Shown here one piece after another: positions 1 through 8,428 of a DNA stretch of 64,000 bases. This DNA is from an uncultured Chloroflexia bacterium. GTDB lineage: Bacteria > Chloroflexota > Limnocylindria > Limnocylindrales > CSP1-4. The stretch spans positions 371,238 to 435,237 of the forward strand of contig CAVTKZ010000004.1 of NCBI GenBank assembly GCA_963735455.1, given 5' to 3'. The position numbers were made by a program, and so were the translations under genes. Position 1 is the stretch's first letter. Each line of letters begins with the position of its first letter. Under the pieces are notes generated by a model that was not told the origin of the DNA, did not search any database, and saw only the letters and a program-made list of their open reading frames with translations.

Positions 1-1
1 G

Positions 2-658
2 CCGGCCCACGAGGTGGAGCCCGAGCGGGCGGTCGTCTTCGGGATCGTCCTGGGGGTGATCTCGTTCGTCGTGATGGCCTGGTTCGTCAACCTCCTGGCC
101 GCGTTCCTGACCCTCCTGGCGATCGCCTTCTATGTCGTCGTCTACACGATGATCCTGAAGCGGACGACGCCCCAGAACATCGTGATCGGCGGCGCCGCCG
201 GCGCGCTCCCGCCGGTGATCGGCTGGGCCGCCGTGACCGGTTCGGTGCAGCTGCCCGCGATCCTGCTGTTCTTCCTCGTCTTCTACTGGACGCCACCGCA
301 CTTCTGGGCCCTGTCGCTGAGGATCCGCAAGGACTACGCGGCGGCGGGGGTGCCGATGCTGCCCGTCGTGCGCGGGATCCCCGAGACGACCCGCCAGATC
401 GGGCTGTACACGATCCTCCTCGTCGCGATCTCGCTGGTCCTGTGGTCGGTCGCCCATATGGGCGCGATCTACCTCGTCGCGGCGGTCGTACTCGGGGCGA
501 TCTTCCTGCGCCAGGCCTATGTCCTGTGGCGACAGGGCACCTCGCCCGAGCGCTCGACCGCCCAGGCGATCCGGCTCTACAAGTACTCGATCACCTACCT
601 CAGCCTGCTGATGCTGGCCGTGGCGATCGACGCCGTGGTGGTGGTCCCGCTGGGCTAG
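2..658 (+). CDS. ctaB: protoheme IX farnesyltransferase (heme O synthase), C-terminal part; 5' end lies outside the window
   Basis: ORF is open to the window edge. Polytopic UbiA-family sequence with 'FYWTPPHFWALS' and 'GVPMLPVV' motifs typical of CtaB/CyoE. Confidence 0.85.
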   Translation, partial: PAHEVEPERAVVFGIVLGVISFVVMAWFVNLLAAFLTLLAIAFYVVVYTMILKRTTPQNIVIGGAAGALPPVIGWAAVTGSVQLPAILLFFLVFYWTPPHFWALSLRIRKDYAAAGVPMLPVVRGIPETTRQIGLYTILLVAISLVLWSVAHMGAIYLVAAVVLGAIFLRQAYVLWRQGTSPERSTAQAIRLYKYSITYLSLLMLAVAIDAVVVVPLG

Positions 659-708
659 GGGCCTCGGGCGCGGCCACGGTCATCGTCCGGCGGTGGCAGA
701 CTCCGCCA

Positions 709-2565
709 ATGCACCTCCAGTTTCTCGGCGCGGCCACCACGGTGACCGGCTCGCAATACCTGCTGACCACCGAGCGGGCGACGATCCTGATCGACTGCGG
801 GATGTTCCAGGGCAGCCCCAGCGAATCGATCCGGAACCGGATTCCGCTGGCCTACGACCCGGCCCGGATCGACGCGATCCTGTTGACCCATGCCCACCTG
901 GACCACTGCGGGCTGATCCCGCACGTCGTCAAGTCGGGCTTCAAGGGGCCCGTCTGGGCAACCAAGGGCACGGTCGAGCTGGCCAGCCTGGTCCTGCTCG
1001 ACTCGGGCAAGCTCCAGGACGAGTTCTCGAAGCGCCAGGTCCGCCGCGAGAAGCGCGATCCGGCCAAGTCCGCAATGTTCGAGAAGCGTGACCGCGACGC
1101 GCTTGCCTCGGCCGAGGAGCTGGCCGCCGATGGTGTCGATGGCAGGCTGAACGCGGCCGATGCCGCTGCCGCCCGGGCGGCCACGGTCGGTGAGTCGAAC
1201 GACGACGGCGGCTTGCCGCCGGTCGCGATCCCGGTCGGCGAGCGCCGCCATTACGACGATCCCCGCCAGGACCCGGCTCATTTCGGGAGCCGCCGGTTCG
1301 ACGCGGCCCTGCTCGTGCCAGCCGCGCCCCAGGAGGCCGGCGGTGCGTCCGATCCGGTGACGATCCCGGCGCCGCTCAGCGCGGCCAGCGCCCCCAGCGC
1401 GTCGAGCGCCTCGGAGATCGCTCCACCGGCGTTCGTGGCCCCGCATGTCGCTCGCGACCCCGAGCAGGCTCTGCTCAAGCAGCCGGCGATCCTGGACATC
1501 GAGCTCGATGAGCCGCTCTACGACGCCGCGGACGCCCAGGCGTCGCTGGCCTCGTTCCGGGGCATCGACTACGACACCGAGATCGAGGTCGCGCCCGGTA
1601 TTCACGCAACGTACGTCGATGCCGGCCACATCCTGGGCTCGGCGATCATCCGGCTGCGGGTCGTCGACCGGGATGGGGGCCCCGAGCTGCGCCTGGTCTT
1701 CTCGGGCGATCTCGGCCGGACGGGCACCCCGATCCTGCGCGACCCGACCGTCGTGACCGATGCCGACTACGTCCTGATCGAGTCGACCTACGGCGGACGC
1801 GAGCACGAGCCGGAGGCCGAGTCGAACCAGCTCCTGGCCGACGCGGTCAAGCTGGTCGCCGACCACGACGGCGTCCTGCTCGTGCCGTCATTCGCGATCG
1901 GGCGTACCCAGGAAGTGGTCTGGGAGCTCCATCGGCTCATCGAGGCCGGCAAGATCCCGCTCCTGCAGCTCTTCCTCGACTCGCCGATGGCGTCCAAGGC
2001 GAGCGACGTCTACCGCCACCACCCCGACTACTACGACGCCGAGACCACGGCCCTGTTGGCCGCCCACGACGCCCCGCTCGACTATCCCAAGCAGACGATC
2101 ACCAACGACGCCAGGCAGTCCGAGGCGATCGCCCAGGCCCCCCGGCCGTACATGATCGTGGCCTCGAACGGGATGCTGACGGGCGGCCGGGTCGTCGGCC
2201 ACCTGCGCAACCTGGTCGACGACCCGAGCGCGGTGATCCTCTTCGTCGGCTACCAGGGCGTGGGTACCCTGGGCGCCCACCTGCAGGCTGGCGAAACGAC
2301 GATCAAGCTCGATGGCCAGGTCCGCCGGGTGCGCTGCCAGGTCCGCTCGATCAGCGGCTTCAGCGCCCATGCCGACGAGAGCGAGCTGCTCAGCTGGGTC
2401 GCCAACTTCGCGACGGGCAAGGCACCCGGGGCGTCGGGCTGGCCCAAGACGGTATTCATCGTCCACGGCGATCCCGATGCCCAGGCCGCCCTCGAGCCGA
2501 AGATCAAGGCCCTCGGCCTGAACACCCACATCCCGCTCTGGCACGAGATCGTCGAGCTGCGCTGA
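709..2565 (+). CDS. MBL-fold beta-CASP family hydrolase (RNase J/CPSF-like) with a long low-complexity insertion
   Basis: In-frame ATG at 709 gives 'MHLQFLGAATTVTGSQYLL..IDCGMFQG', followed by 'HAHLDHCG', 'DAGHILGSA', 'FSGDLG' and a C-terminal 'GFSAHAD'. The 442 start in the ORF track would overlap ctaB. A CAGACT hexamer lies 6 nt upstream of the ATG. Confidence 0.75.
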   Translation: MHLQFLGAATTVTGSQYLLTTERATILIDCGMFQGSPSESIRNRIPLAYDPARIDAILLTHAHLDHCGLIPHVVKSGFKGPVWATKGTVELASLVLLDSGKLQDEFSKRQVRREKRDPAKSAMFEKRDRDALASAEELAADGVDGRLNAADAAAARAATVGESNDDGGLPPVAIPVGERRHYDDPRQDPAHFGSRRFDAALLVPAAPQEAGGASDPVTIPAPLSAASAPSASSASEIAPPAFVAPHVARDPEQALLKQPAILDIELDEPLYDAADAQASLASFRGIDYDTEIEVAPGIHATYVDAGHILGSAIIRLRVVDRDGGPELRLVFSGDLGRTGTPILRDPTVVTDADYVLIESTYGGREHEPEAESNQLLADAVKLVADHDGVLLVPSFAIGRTQEVVWELHRLIEAGKIPLLQLFLDSPMASKASDVYRHHPDYYDAETTALLAAHDAPLDYPKQTITNDARQSEAIAQAPRPYMIVASNGMLTGGRVVGHLRNLVDDPSAVILFVGYQGVGTLGAHLQAGETTIKLDGQVRRVRCQVRSISGFSAHADESELLSWVANFATGKAPGASGWPKTVFIVHGDPDAQAALEPKIKALGLNTHIPLWHEIVELR

Positions 2566-2574
2566 GCGCCGCTG

Positions 2575-2916
2575 CTACTGCGGAATCAGGAGCTCGATGA
2601 TCGCCAGCAGGACACCGATCACGGCCAGGATCGGGCCCCACAGCTCGACTGACACGAAGAAGAAGGTGTTCTCGCGCCGAAGGACGACCTGGGCGCCGGT
2701 CTTGGGATCGACGAGGACCCGCGGCGGCTGCGCGTCGAGGCGTTTGCCGGCGAACCAGCACACGGCACCGCCCGGCACCAGGGCGATCGACATCAGGGCC
2801 CCGGTCAGGGACGCGTTGGCGTGGACCACGTCGCCGGCGGCGATCCCGATCGCCAGGAAGACCACCGCGATCACCAGGACAACGATCCCCCAGCCCTTCC
2901 AGATCAGCAGGAACAT
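2575..2916 (-). CDS. small hypothetical membrane protein (113 aa)
   Basis: Internal ATG at 2916 ('MFLLIWKGWGIVVLVIAVVFLAIG..'). At least three hydrophobic helices. The longer ORF-track N-terminus is Arg-rich junk. Confidence 0.5.
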   Translation of the reverse strand: MFLLIWKGWGIVVLVIAVVFLAIGIAAGDVVHANASLTGALMSIALVPGGAVCWFAGKRLDAQPPRVLVDPKTGAQVVLRRENTFFFVSVELWGPILAVIGVLLAIIELLIPQ

Positions 2917-2936
2917 GCCGCCTCCCCAGCTCGCTG

Positions 2937-3710
2937 CTACCCCGCGCGAATCTCCCGGACGGCGGCGTCGGCGGCGGCGACCATGAAGCCGTAGTCCGCG
3001 TTCACCGTGATCCAGCGAAACCCCTGCTCGCGCCGCTTGCGGGCGATCGTTGGTGATTGGGTCCACGCCCCCGCCGGGATCCCGTGCTCCCGGGCACATT
3101 CGGCGATGTGGGCGATGGCGTCCTCGACTTCGGGGTCAGTGATCTGGCCGGTGTGACCGAGCGACGCGGCGAGGTCGTTGGGGCCGATCAGGAGGGTGTC
3201 AACGCCGGCCACATCGAGGAGCTCGTCGAGCGCGGCGAGCGCCTCGCGGGTCTCGATCTGGATGCAGCACGTCACCGCGCCGTTGGCGGACTCCATGTAG
3301 TCGGGCGTCTTCCGCCCGAAGTCCGAGACCCGTCGCGGGCCGATCCCGCGCAGGCCCACCGGAGGGTATCGACACCAGGCCACGGCCCGCTCGACGTCGG
3401 CCACCGTACGAACCTGGGGGATCACCACCCCGCTGGCTCCCGCGTCGAGGGCATGCATGATCCGGACCGGCTCGTTGGCGGCTACCCGGTACAGGACCGG
3501 CACCTGCGCGGCCCGGGTGGCGATCACCATCTGGACGAGATCCGCGGTGGCCACCGGGCCGTGCTCCCCGTCGGCCACGAGGAGGTCGTAGCCGCTCCCC
3601 GCCAGCAGCTCGGGCACGGTTGGGTCGAGCAGGGTGAGCCACGTCCCGACGAGGAAGTCGTCGGACCTGAGGCGCTCCCGGAAGTCGGGCACCATCGGCG
3701 GAGGGGTCAT
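2937..3710 (-). CDS. HpcH/HpaI family aldolase
   Basis: 257 aa from the ATG at 3710. 'FLVGTWL', 'DLLVADGEHGP', 'RVAANEP..ALDAGASGVVIPQV' and 'IQIETREAL..IGPNDLA' are typical of HpcH/HpaI aldolases. A CATACT hexamer lies 6 nt upstream of the ATG. Confidence 0.8.
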   Translation of the reverse strand: MTPPPMVPDFRERLRSDDFLVGTWLTLLDPTVPELLAGSGYDLLVADGEHGPVATADLVQMVIATRAAQVPVLYRVAANEPVRIMHALDAGASGVVIPQVRTVADVERAVAWCRYPPVGLRGIGPRRVSDFGRKTPDYMESANGAVTCCIQIETREALAALDELLDVAGVDTLLIGPNDLAASLGHTGQITDPEVEDAIAHIAECAREHGIPAGAWTQSPTIARKRREQGFRWITVNADYGFMVAAADAAVREIRAG

Positions 3711-4125
3711 GCGCGGAGTATGACGAACCTCCATGGGCCGAACCTGCAGTCCACGAGCGCGCCCACCCGCCGAGCGAGGGGACCCGGGCCGGCCGGGCCT
3801 GGGCCAGGTTGCGTCAGACGGGCGTAACTGCACGGTTGCGCTCCAATCAGGTCGATTCGGTGCGCTCGACGCGAGCATGGGCCGCATCCGTGCCTGGAAG
3901 GCACCGGAACTGCCGATGGACAAGGGAAACGGTGCAGTTGTGCCCGTCAGAGGCACACAGGCCTGCATGGTCGAGGCGGGCGGACGGTCGCGGCAGGGCA
4001 AGGCAAGGAGCCCGGACCCAACGCCGCTCGAGCCTGTCCCACTAGACGCAACGATGTTGCGTACTATGGAACGGTGGGCGCACCAGACGGGACGTCGAGC
4101 CGCCGCGGAAGGGCGGCCGGACAGA

Positions 4126-5751
4126 ATGCCGGGCATGACTGAGCCAGTTGACGCGATCGTCGTGGGCGGCGGCCACAACGGTCTGGCCTGCGCCGCCTAC
4201 CTTGCCAAGTCGGGCTTCAAGCCGCTCGTCCTCGAGAAGCGCGGGGTGATCGGCGGCGCGGCGGTGACCGAGGAGCCCTGGCCGGGCTTCAAGGTCAGCT
4301 CGCTGTCCTACGTCCAGAGCCTGATGCCGCCCCGGATCATCAAGGAGCTCGAGCTCGCCAAGCGGGGCTACAAGGTCTACCCGATGGGCCCCTACTTCAT
4401 GGGCTTCCCGGACGGCTCGGGCGTCGTGATGTACGAGGACCACGAACGGCGCTACGCCGAGATGGCCAAGTTCAGCAAGCACGACGCCGACGTCTATGAC
4501 GACTACGTGGCCTGGAAGGACGGCCTGGCCGAGGTCGTCCGGCACCTCCTCTGGATGACCCCGCCGAAGCTCGGCTCGCGCTCGCTGCCGGACCTGCTCG
4601 ACCAGCTTCGCTTCGCCTGGAAGCTGCGCGGCCTGGGCGGGCGGGGCGTCGCCGACCTGACCCGGATCATGACGATGAGCGCGGCGGACCTGCTCGACGA
4701 CTGGTTCGAGTCGGACCGGATCAAGGCCGGCCTGTCGATCGACGGGATCATCGGGACGTGGGCCGGGCCGTACGAGCCGGGCACCGCCTACGTCCTGCTC
4801 CACCACGAGATCGGCACGGTCGACGAGAACGAGGCCGACGGCCCGATCGGCGGCTGGGGCTTCGTCGAGGGCGGGATGGGCGCGGTCAGCACGAACCTGG
4901 CGGCGGCCGTCGAGGAATACGGCGGCCAGGTCCGCCTGAAAGCGCCGGTGGCCCGGATCCTGGCCGAGGGCGACCGGGCGGCCGGCGTGGTGCTCGAGTC
5001 GGGCGAGGAGATCCGGGCCGACCTGGTCATCTCCAATGCCCACCCCCAGATCACCTTCCTGCGCCTGATCGAGGAGCGCCAGCTGCCGTCCGAGTTTGTG
5101 ACCGACATCCGCAACTACGACAGCCGCTCGGGCACGGTCAAGGTCAACCTGGGGATCAGTGAGCTGCCCAACTTCAGCTCGGTGCCGGGCACGAACCTGC
5201 AGCCCCACCACACCGGCGCGATCGAGCTGGCCCACTCGATGTCGTACATCCAGCAGGCCTTCGATGACGCCCGCCAGGGCCGCGGCTCGGCCAAGCCCTA
5301 CTGCGATGGGGTGATCGCCTCGACCCTCGATCCGACCATCGCCCCGGAGGGCATGCACATCTTCTCGATGTTCGCCCAGTGGGTGCCCCAGGACTGGCAT
5401 GCCCAGCCGCATCGGGCCGAGGTCGAGGCGTTCGCCGACCGGCTGATCGACGGCTACAACGAGCTGGCCCCCAACCTGAAGGCCTCGATCGTCCACCGCC
5501 AGGTGATCAGCCCGTACGACATGGAGCACGAGTACGGCCTGATCGGGGGCAACATCTTCCATGGCGAGCTGACCCTCAACCAGCTCTTCCACATGCGCCC
5601 GGCGGCCGGCTACGCCAACTACCGGACGCCGATCCAGGGCCTCTACCAGTGCGGCTCGTCGACCCATCCAGGTGGCGGAGTGACGGGCCTGCCGGGACGC
5701 AACGCCGCGCGCGAGATCCTCAAGGATCGGCGCAAGCGGAAGATCGCCTGA
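4126..5751 (+). CDS. NAD(P)/FAD-dependent oxidoreductase, phytoene-desaturase (CrtI/PYROXD2-like) family
   Basis: 'DAIVVGGGHNGLACAAYLAKSGFKPLVLEKRGVIGGAAVTEE' dinucleotide-binding fold. C-terminal 'GSSTHPGGGVTG'. Codon bias (GC3) only becomes coding-like near 4126. In-frame alternative starts at 4054 and 4066. Confidence 0.8.
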   Translation: MPGMTEPVDAIVVGGGHNGLACAAYLAKSGFKPLVLEKRGVIGGAAVTEEPWPGFKVSSLSYVQSLMPPRIIKELELAKRGYKVYPMGPYFMGFPDGSGVVMYEDHERRYAEMAKFSKHDADVYDDYVAWKDGLAEVVRHLLWMTPPKLGSRSLPDLLDQLRFAWKLRGLGGRGVADLTRIMTMSAADLLDDWFESDRIKAGLSIDGIIGTWAGPYEPGTAYVLLHHEIGTVDENEADGPIGGWGFVEGGMGAVSTNLAAAVEEYGGQVRLKAPVARILAEGDRAAGVVLESGEEIRADLVISNAHPQITFLRLIEERQLPSEFVTDIRNYDSRSGTVKVNLGISELPNFSSVPGTNLQPHHTGAIELAHSMSYIQQAFDDARQGRGSAKPYCDGVIASTLDPTIAPEGMHIFSMFAQWVPQDWHAQPHRAEVEAFADRLIDGYNELAPNLKASIVHRQVISPYDMEHEYGLIGGNIFHGELTLNQLFHMRPAAGYANYRTPIQGLYQCGSSTHPGGGVTGLPGRNAAREILKDRRKRKIA

Positions 5752-5832
5752 GGTCCGGGGCGCCGGGCGACCTTCGTTCGGGCATCAGGCTCGAACTGGA
5801 GCGCTAGACTCGGCCCGGAGGTTCGTCCAGCG

Positions 5833-7149
5833 ATGACTGCCAGCGCGCCATTCAGCCCCGAGGAGATCGCCGCCGTTCGCCGGCCGTTTCGAGCTGCCTC
5901 GCTGCTGCCGGCCCGCGCCTACCACGACCCGCAGGTGTGGGACTACGAGCGCGAGAACTGGTTCTTCCGCGATTGGGTCTGCGTCGGACGTGACGAGGAC
6001 GCGCCGGAACCGGGGACCTTCTTCCGGTCCGAGGAGCTGGGCGAGCCACTGGTCATCGTCCGGGCCCGGGACGGGGTCCTGCGCGCCTTCTACAACGTCT
6101 GCCAGCACCGGGGCACTGCGGTCGTCGAAGAGCAGTGCGGCAAGGCGGTCCGCTTCCAGTGCCCGTACCACGCCTGGATCTACGACCTCGACGGCAAGCT
6201 GATCCGGGCCAAGCACACCGAGGACCTCGACGACTTCAGCTTCGAGACATTCGGCCTGACCCCGGTCCGCCTCGCGGTCTGGCAGGGCTTCGTGTTCGTC
6301 TCGCTCGATCCCAGCGGGCCCGAGCTCGAGTCCTACATGGTCGACTGGCACGACCATCACGCCGGCTTCAAGCGCGACTACGGCCGCCTGCGCCGGGCGA
6401 CCCGGCTGACCTACGACGTGGCCGCCAATTGGAAGATCGTGGCCGAGAATTACTCCGAGTGCTACCACTGCCCGGGTGTCCATCCCCTCCTGAACAAGCT
6501 GACCCCCTACGACCTGGGCGAGGATTTCTTCCCGGACGGGCCCTGGAAGGGCGGCTGGATGATCTTCTCCGAAGGCTGCGAGACGATGTCGATGGATGGC
6601 CTGCGCCACGGCCGGCCGCTGCTGTACGCGACGGACGAGGTCGACGAGCGCCGGATCTACTACTACATCCTGTGGCCGAACCTGATCGTCAGCGTCCACC
6701 CCGACTACGTCCTGACCCACCAGGCCTGGCCGGCCGGCCCGAACCGGACGATCGTCAACTGCGACCTGTACGTGGACAAGGACTCGATCGGGCTGCCGGG
6801 CTTTGACGTCTCGGGCGCACGCGACTTCTGGGACCTGACCAACAAGCAGGACTACCACGTCGTCGAGCTCCAGCAGAACGGCAGCCGCTCGCGCAGCTGG
6901 GTGGCCGGCCGCTACTCGAACCAGGAGGCCAGCGTGCAGGCCTTCGACCTGATGGTCGCCGACCGCTATGCCAACGACGGGGTCCGCTCCGACCGCGCGG
7001 CCCGGACCGAGGTCGCCCGGCCCGACCGGCTGGCCGCCCGGACCGCGGCCAGAAGCCGTTCCCGGGCCGCCCCCGCCCCCGACCCCGCCCCTTCCGAGCT
7101 CACCAATTCCGACCTCGCCCATCCCGATCCGGTCCCATCCGCCGGCTAG
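5833..7149 (+). CDS. Rieske [2Fe-2S] non-heme-iron oxygenase alpha subunit (GbcA/Stc2-like), paralog 1
   Basis: Rieske motif 'CQHRG..x17..CPYHAW' and mononuclear-iron region 'ENYSECYHCPGVHP'. GGAGG Shine-Dalgarno (SD) sequence 11 nt upstream. Confidence 0.8.
   Translation: MTASAPFSPEEIAAVRRPFRAASLLPARAYHDPQVWDYERENWFFRDWVCVGRDEDAPEPGTFFRSEELGEPLVIVRARDGVLRAFYNVCQHRGTAVVEEQCGKAVRFQCPYHAWIYDLDGKLIRAKHTEDLDDFSFETFGLTPVRLAVWQGFVFVSLDPSGPELESYMVDWHDHHAGFKRDYGRLRRATRLTYDVAANWKIVAENYSECYHCPGVHPLLNKLTPYDLGEDFFPDGPWKGGWMIFSEGCETMSMDGLRHGRPLLYATDEVDERRIYYYILWPNLIVSVHPDYVLTHQAWPAGPNRTIVNCDLYVDKDSIGLPGFDVSGARDFWDLTNKQDYHVVELQQNGSRSRSWVAGRYSNQEASVQAFDLMVADRYANDGVRSDRAARTEVARPDRLAARTAARSRSRAAPAPDPAPSELTNSDLAHPDPVPSAG
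6040..6326. repeat. 287-bp segment 100% identical to 7361..7647 (copy 1)
   Basis: Base-by-base comparison. Identity starts at GGC (Gly70 of paralog 1, Gly67 of paralog 2) and ends after 'CGAGCT'. Flanks are clearly diverged. Confidence 0.9.
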
Positions 7150-7162
7150 CTGGAGGCAACCA

Positions 7163-8428
7163 ATGGCGATCCTCACCCCCGCGGAGCTGGCCTCGATCAG
7201 GCGGCCGTATCGGGCCGCGACGCTCCTGCCCCGGCGGGCCTATCACGACCCCGAGATCCACGAGTTCGAGCGCCGGGAGTGGTTCCACCGGGATTGGGCG
7301 ATCGTCGGCCGGGAGTCCGAGGCGGCCGCCCCGGGCGAGTATTTCCTGGCCGAACAGGACGGCGAGCCACTGGTCATCGTCCGGGCCCGGGACGGGGTCC
7401 TGCGCGCCTTCTACAACGTCTGCCAGCACCGGGGCACTGCGGTCGTCGAAGAGCAGTGCGGCAAGGCGGTCCGCTTCCAGTGCCCGTACCACGCCTGGAT
7501 CTACGACCTCGACGGCAAGCTGATCCGGGCCAAGCACACCGAGGACCTCGACGACTTCAGCTTCGAGACATTCGGCCTGACCCCGGTCCGCCTCGCGGTC
7601 TGGCAGGGCTTCGTGTTCGTCTCGCTCGATCCCAGCGGGCCCGAGCTGACCGATTTCCTGGCCGACCTCGTGCCCCACTGGAACCGCTTCGACTTCGGCG
7701 CGCTGCGCTCGGCCAAGCAGGTCCGCTACGAGGTCGGCTCGAACTGGAAGTTCATCGGCGAGAACTACTCCGAGTGCTACCACTGCCCGGGTCTCCACCC
7801 CCAGCTCAACAAGCTCACGCCCTACGACCTCGGCGGCGACTACGAGAGCGAGGGTCCCTGGGAGGGCGGCTGGATGGAGCTGGCCGGCGGGGCCGAGACG
7901 ATGGCCCTCGAGGGCGGCCACCGCAACGGCCGGCCGGCCATCCCGGGGATCACCCCGATCGACGAGCGCCGGGTGTACTACTACCTGCTCTGGCCGAACA
8001 CGTTCATCTCGATCCACCCCGACTACGTCCTGGTCCATCGGCTCGTGCCCCAGGGCGTCGATCGCACCGTGGTGATCTGCGACTGGCTGTTCGAGCCGTC
8101 AACGATGGCAATGGCCGGCTTCGACGCGACGGACGCCTACGACTTCTGGGACATGACCAACCGCCAGGACTGGCACGTGTGCGAGCTCCAGCACCGGGGC
8201 ACGAGCTCGCGGAGCTGGGTCGCCGGCCGCTTCTCGAACCAGGAGGCCAGCGTCCACGCCTTCGACCTGATGATCGCCGACCACTACGCCAACGACGGCG
8301 TCGAGGTCCGCCGGACGGTCCGCGAACGGTACGACACACCGCCGCCCAAGACTGCCCAGACGGGCGGGATCGCCAGCGAGGAGAAGGCTGCGGCCCGCCT
8401 GGCTGCCCGGGCGGCCGCCCAGTCGTAG
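7163..8428 (+). CDS. Rieske [2Fe-2S] non-heme-iron oxygenase alpha subunit, paralog 2
   Basis: In-frame ATG at 7163 ('MAILTPAELASIRRPYRAA'). Same Rieske and 'ENYSECYHCPGLHP' motifs. Tandem to paralog 1. Confidence 0.8.
   Translation: MAILTPAELASIRRPYRAATLLPRRAYHDPEIHEFERREWFHRDWAIVGRESEAAAPGEYFLAEQDGEPLVIVRARDGVLRAFYNVCQHRGTAVVEEQCGKAVRFQCPYHAWIYDLDGKLIRAKHTEDLDDFSFETFGLTPVRLAVWQGFVFVSLDPSGPELTDFLADLVPHWNRFDFGALRSAKQVRYEVGSNWKFIGENYSECYHCPGLHPQLNKLTPYDLGGDYESEGPWEGGWMELAGGAETMALEGGHRNGRPAIPGITPIDERRVYYYLLWPNTFISIHPDYVLVHRLVPQGVDRTVVICDWLFEPSTMAMAGFDATDAYDFWDMTNRQDWHVCELQHRGTSSRSWVAGRFSNQEASVHAFDLMIADHYANDGVEVRRTVRERYDTPPPKTAQTGGIASEEKAAARLAARAAAQS
7361..7647. repeat. 287-bp segment 100% identical to 6040..6326 (copy 2)
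   Basis: See copy 1. The offset is exactly 1321 bp. Confidence 0.9.

Noticed and set aside
442-708. The upstream start (442) of the MBL/beta-CASP ORF, which overlaps ctaB by >200 nt.
   Set aside because: The extension is Arg/Gly/Pro-rich and out of frame within ctaB. The conserved family N-terminus 'MHLQFLGAA..' begins at 709.
655-1866. Long antisense or alternative-frame ORFs throughout the track. Examples: 655..1866(-), 4042..5667(-), 5785..7176(-), 10070..11272(-), 17088..19814(+), 24021..26330(+), 28262..31510(-), 39639..41066(-), 57129..58475(+), 62065..63855(+).
   Set aside because: Their translations are Arg/Gly/Pro/Ala-rich with no family motifs. They lie opposite or out of frame to ORFs with clear conserved motifs. 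Such ORFs are the expected stop-codon-poor artefacts of ~70% GC DNA.
3733-4125. The 131-codon N-terminal extension of the CrtI-like oxidoreductase ORF, and small ORFs 3707..3904(-) and 3809..4045(+).
   Set aside because: Third-position GC falls to non-coding levels. The translations are not protein-like. The Rossmann GxGxxG motif lies just after the ATG at 4126. The region is treated as non-coding (see finding).
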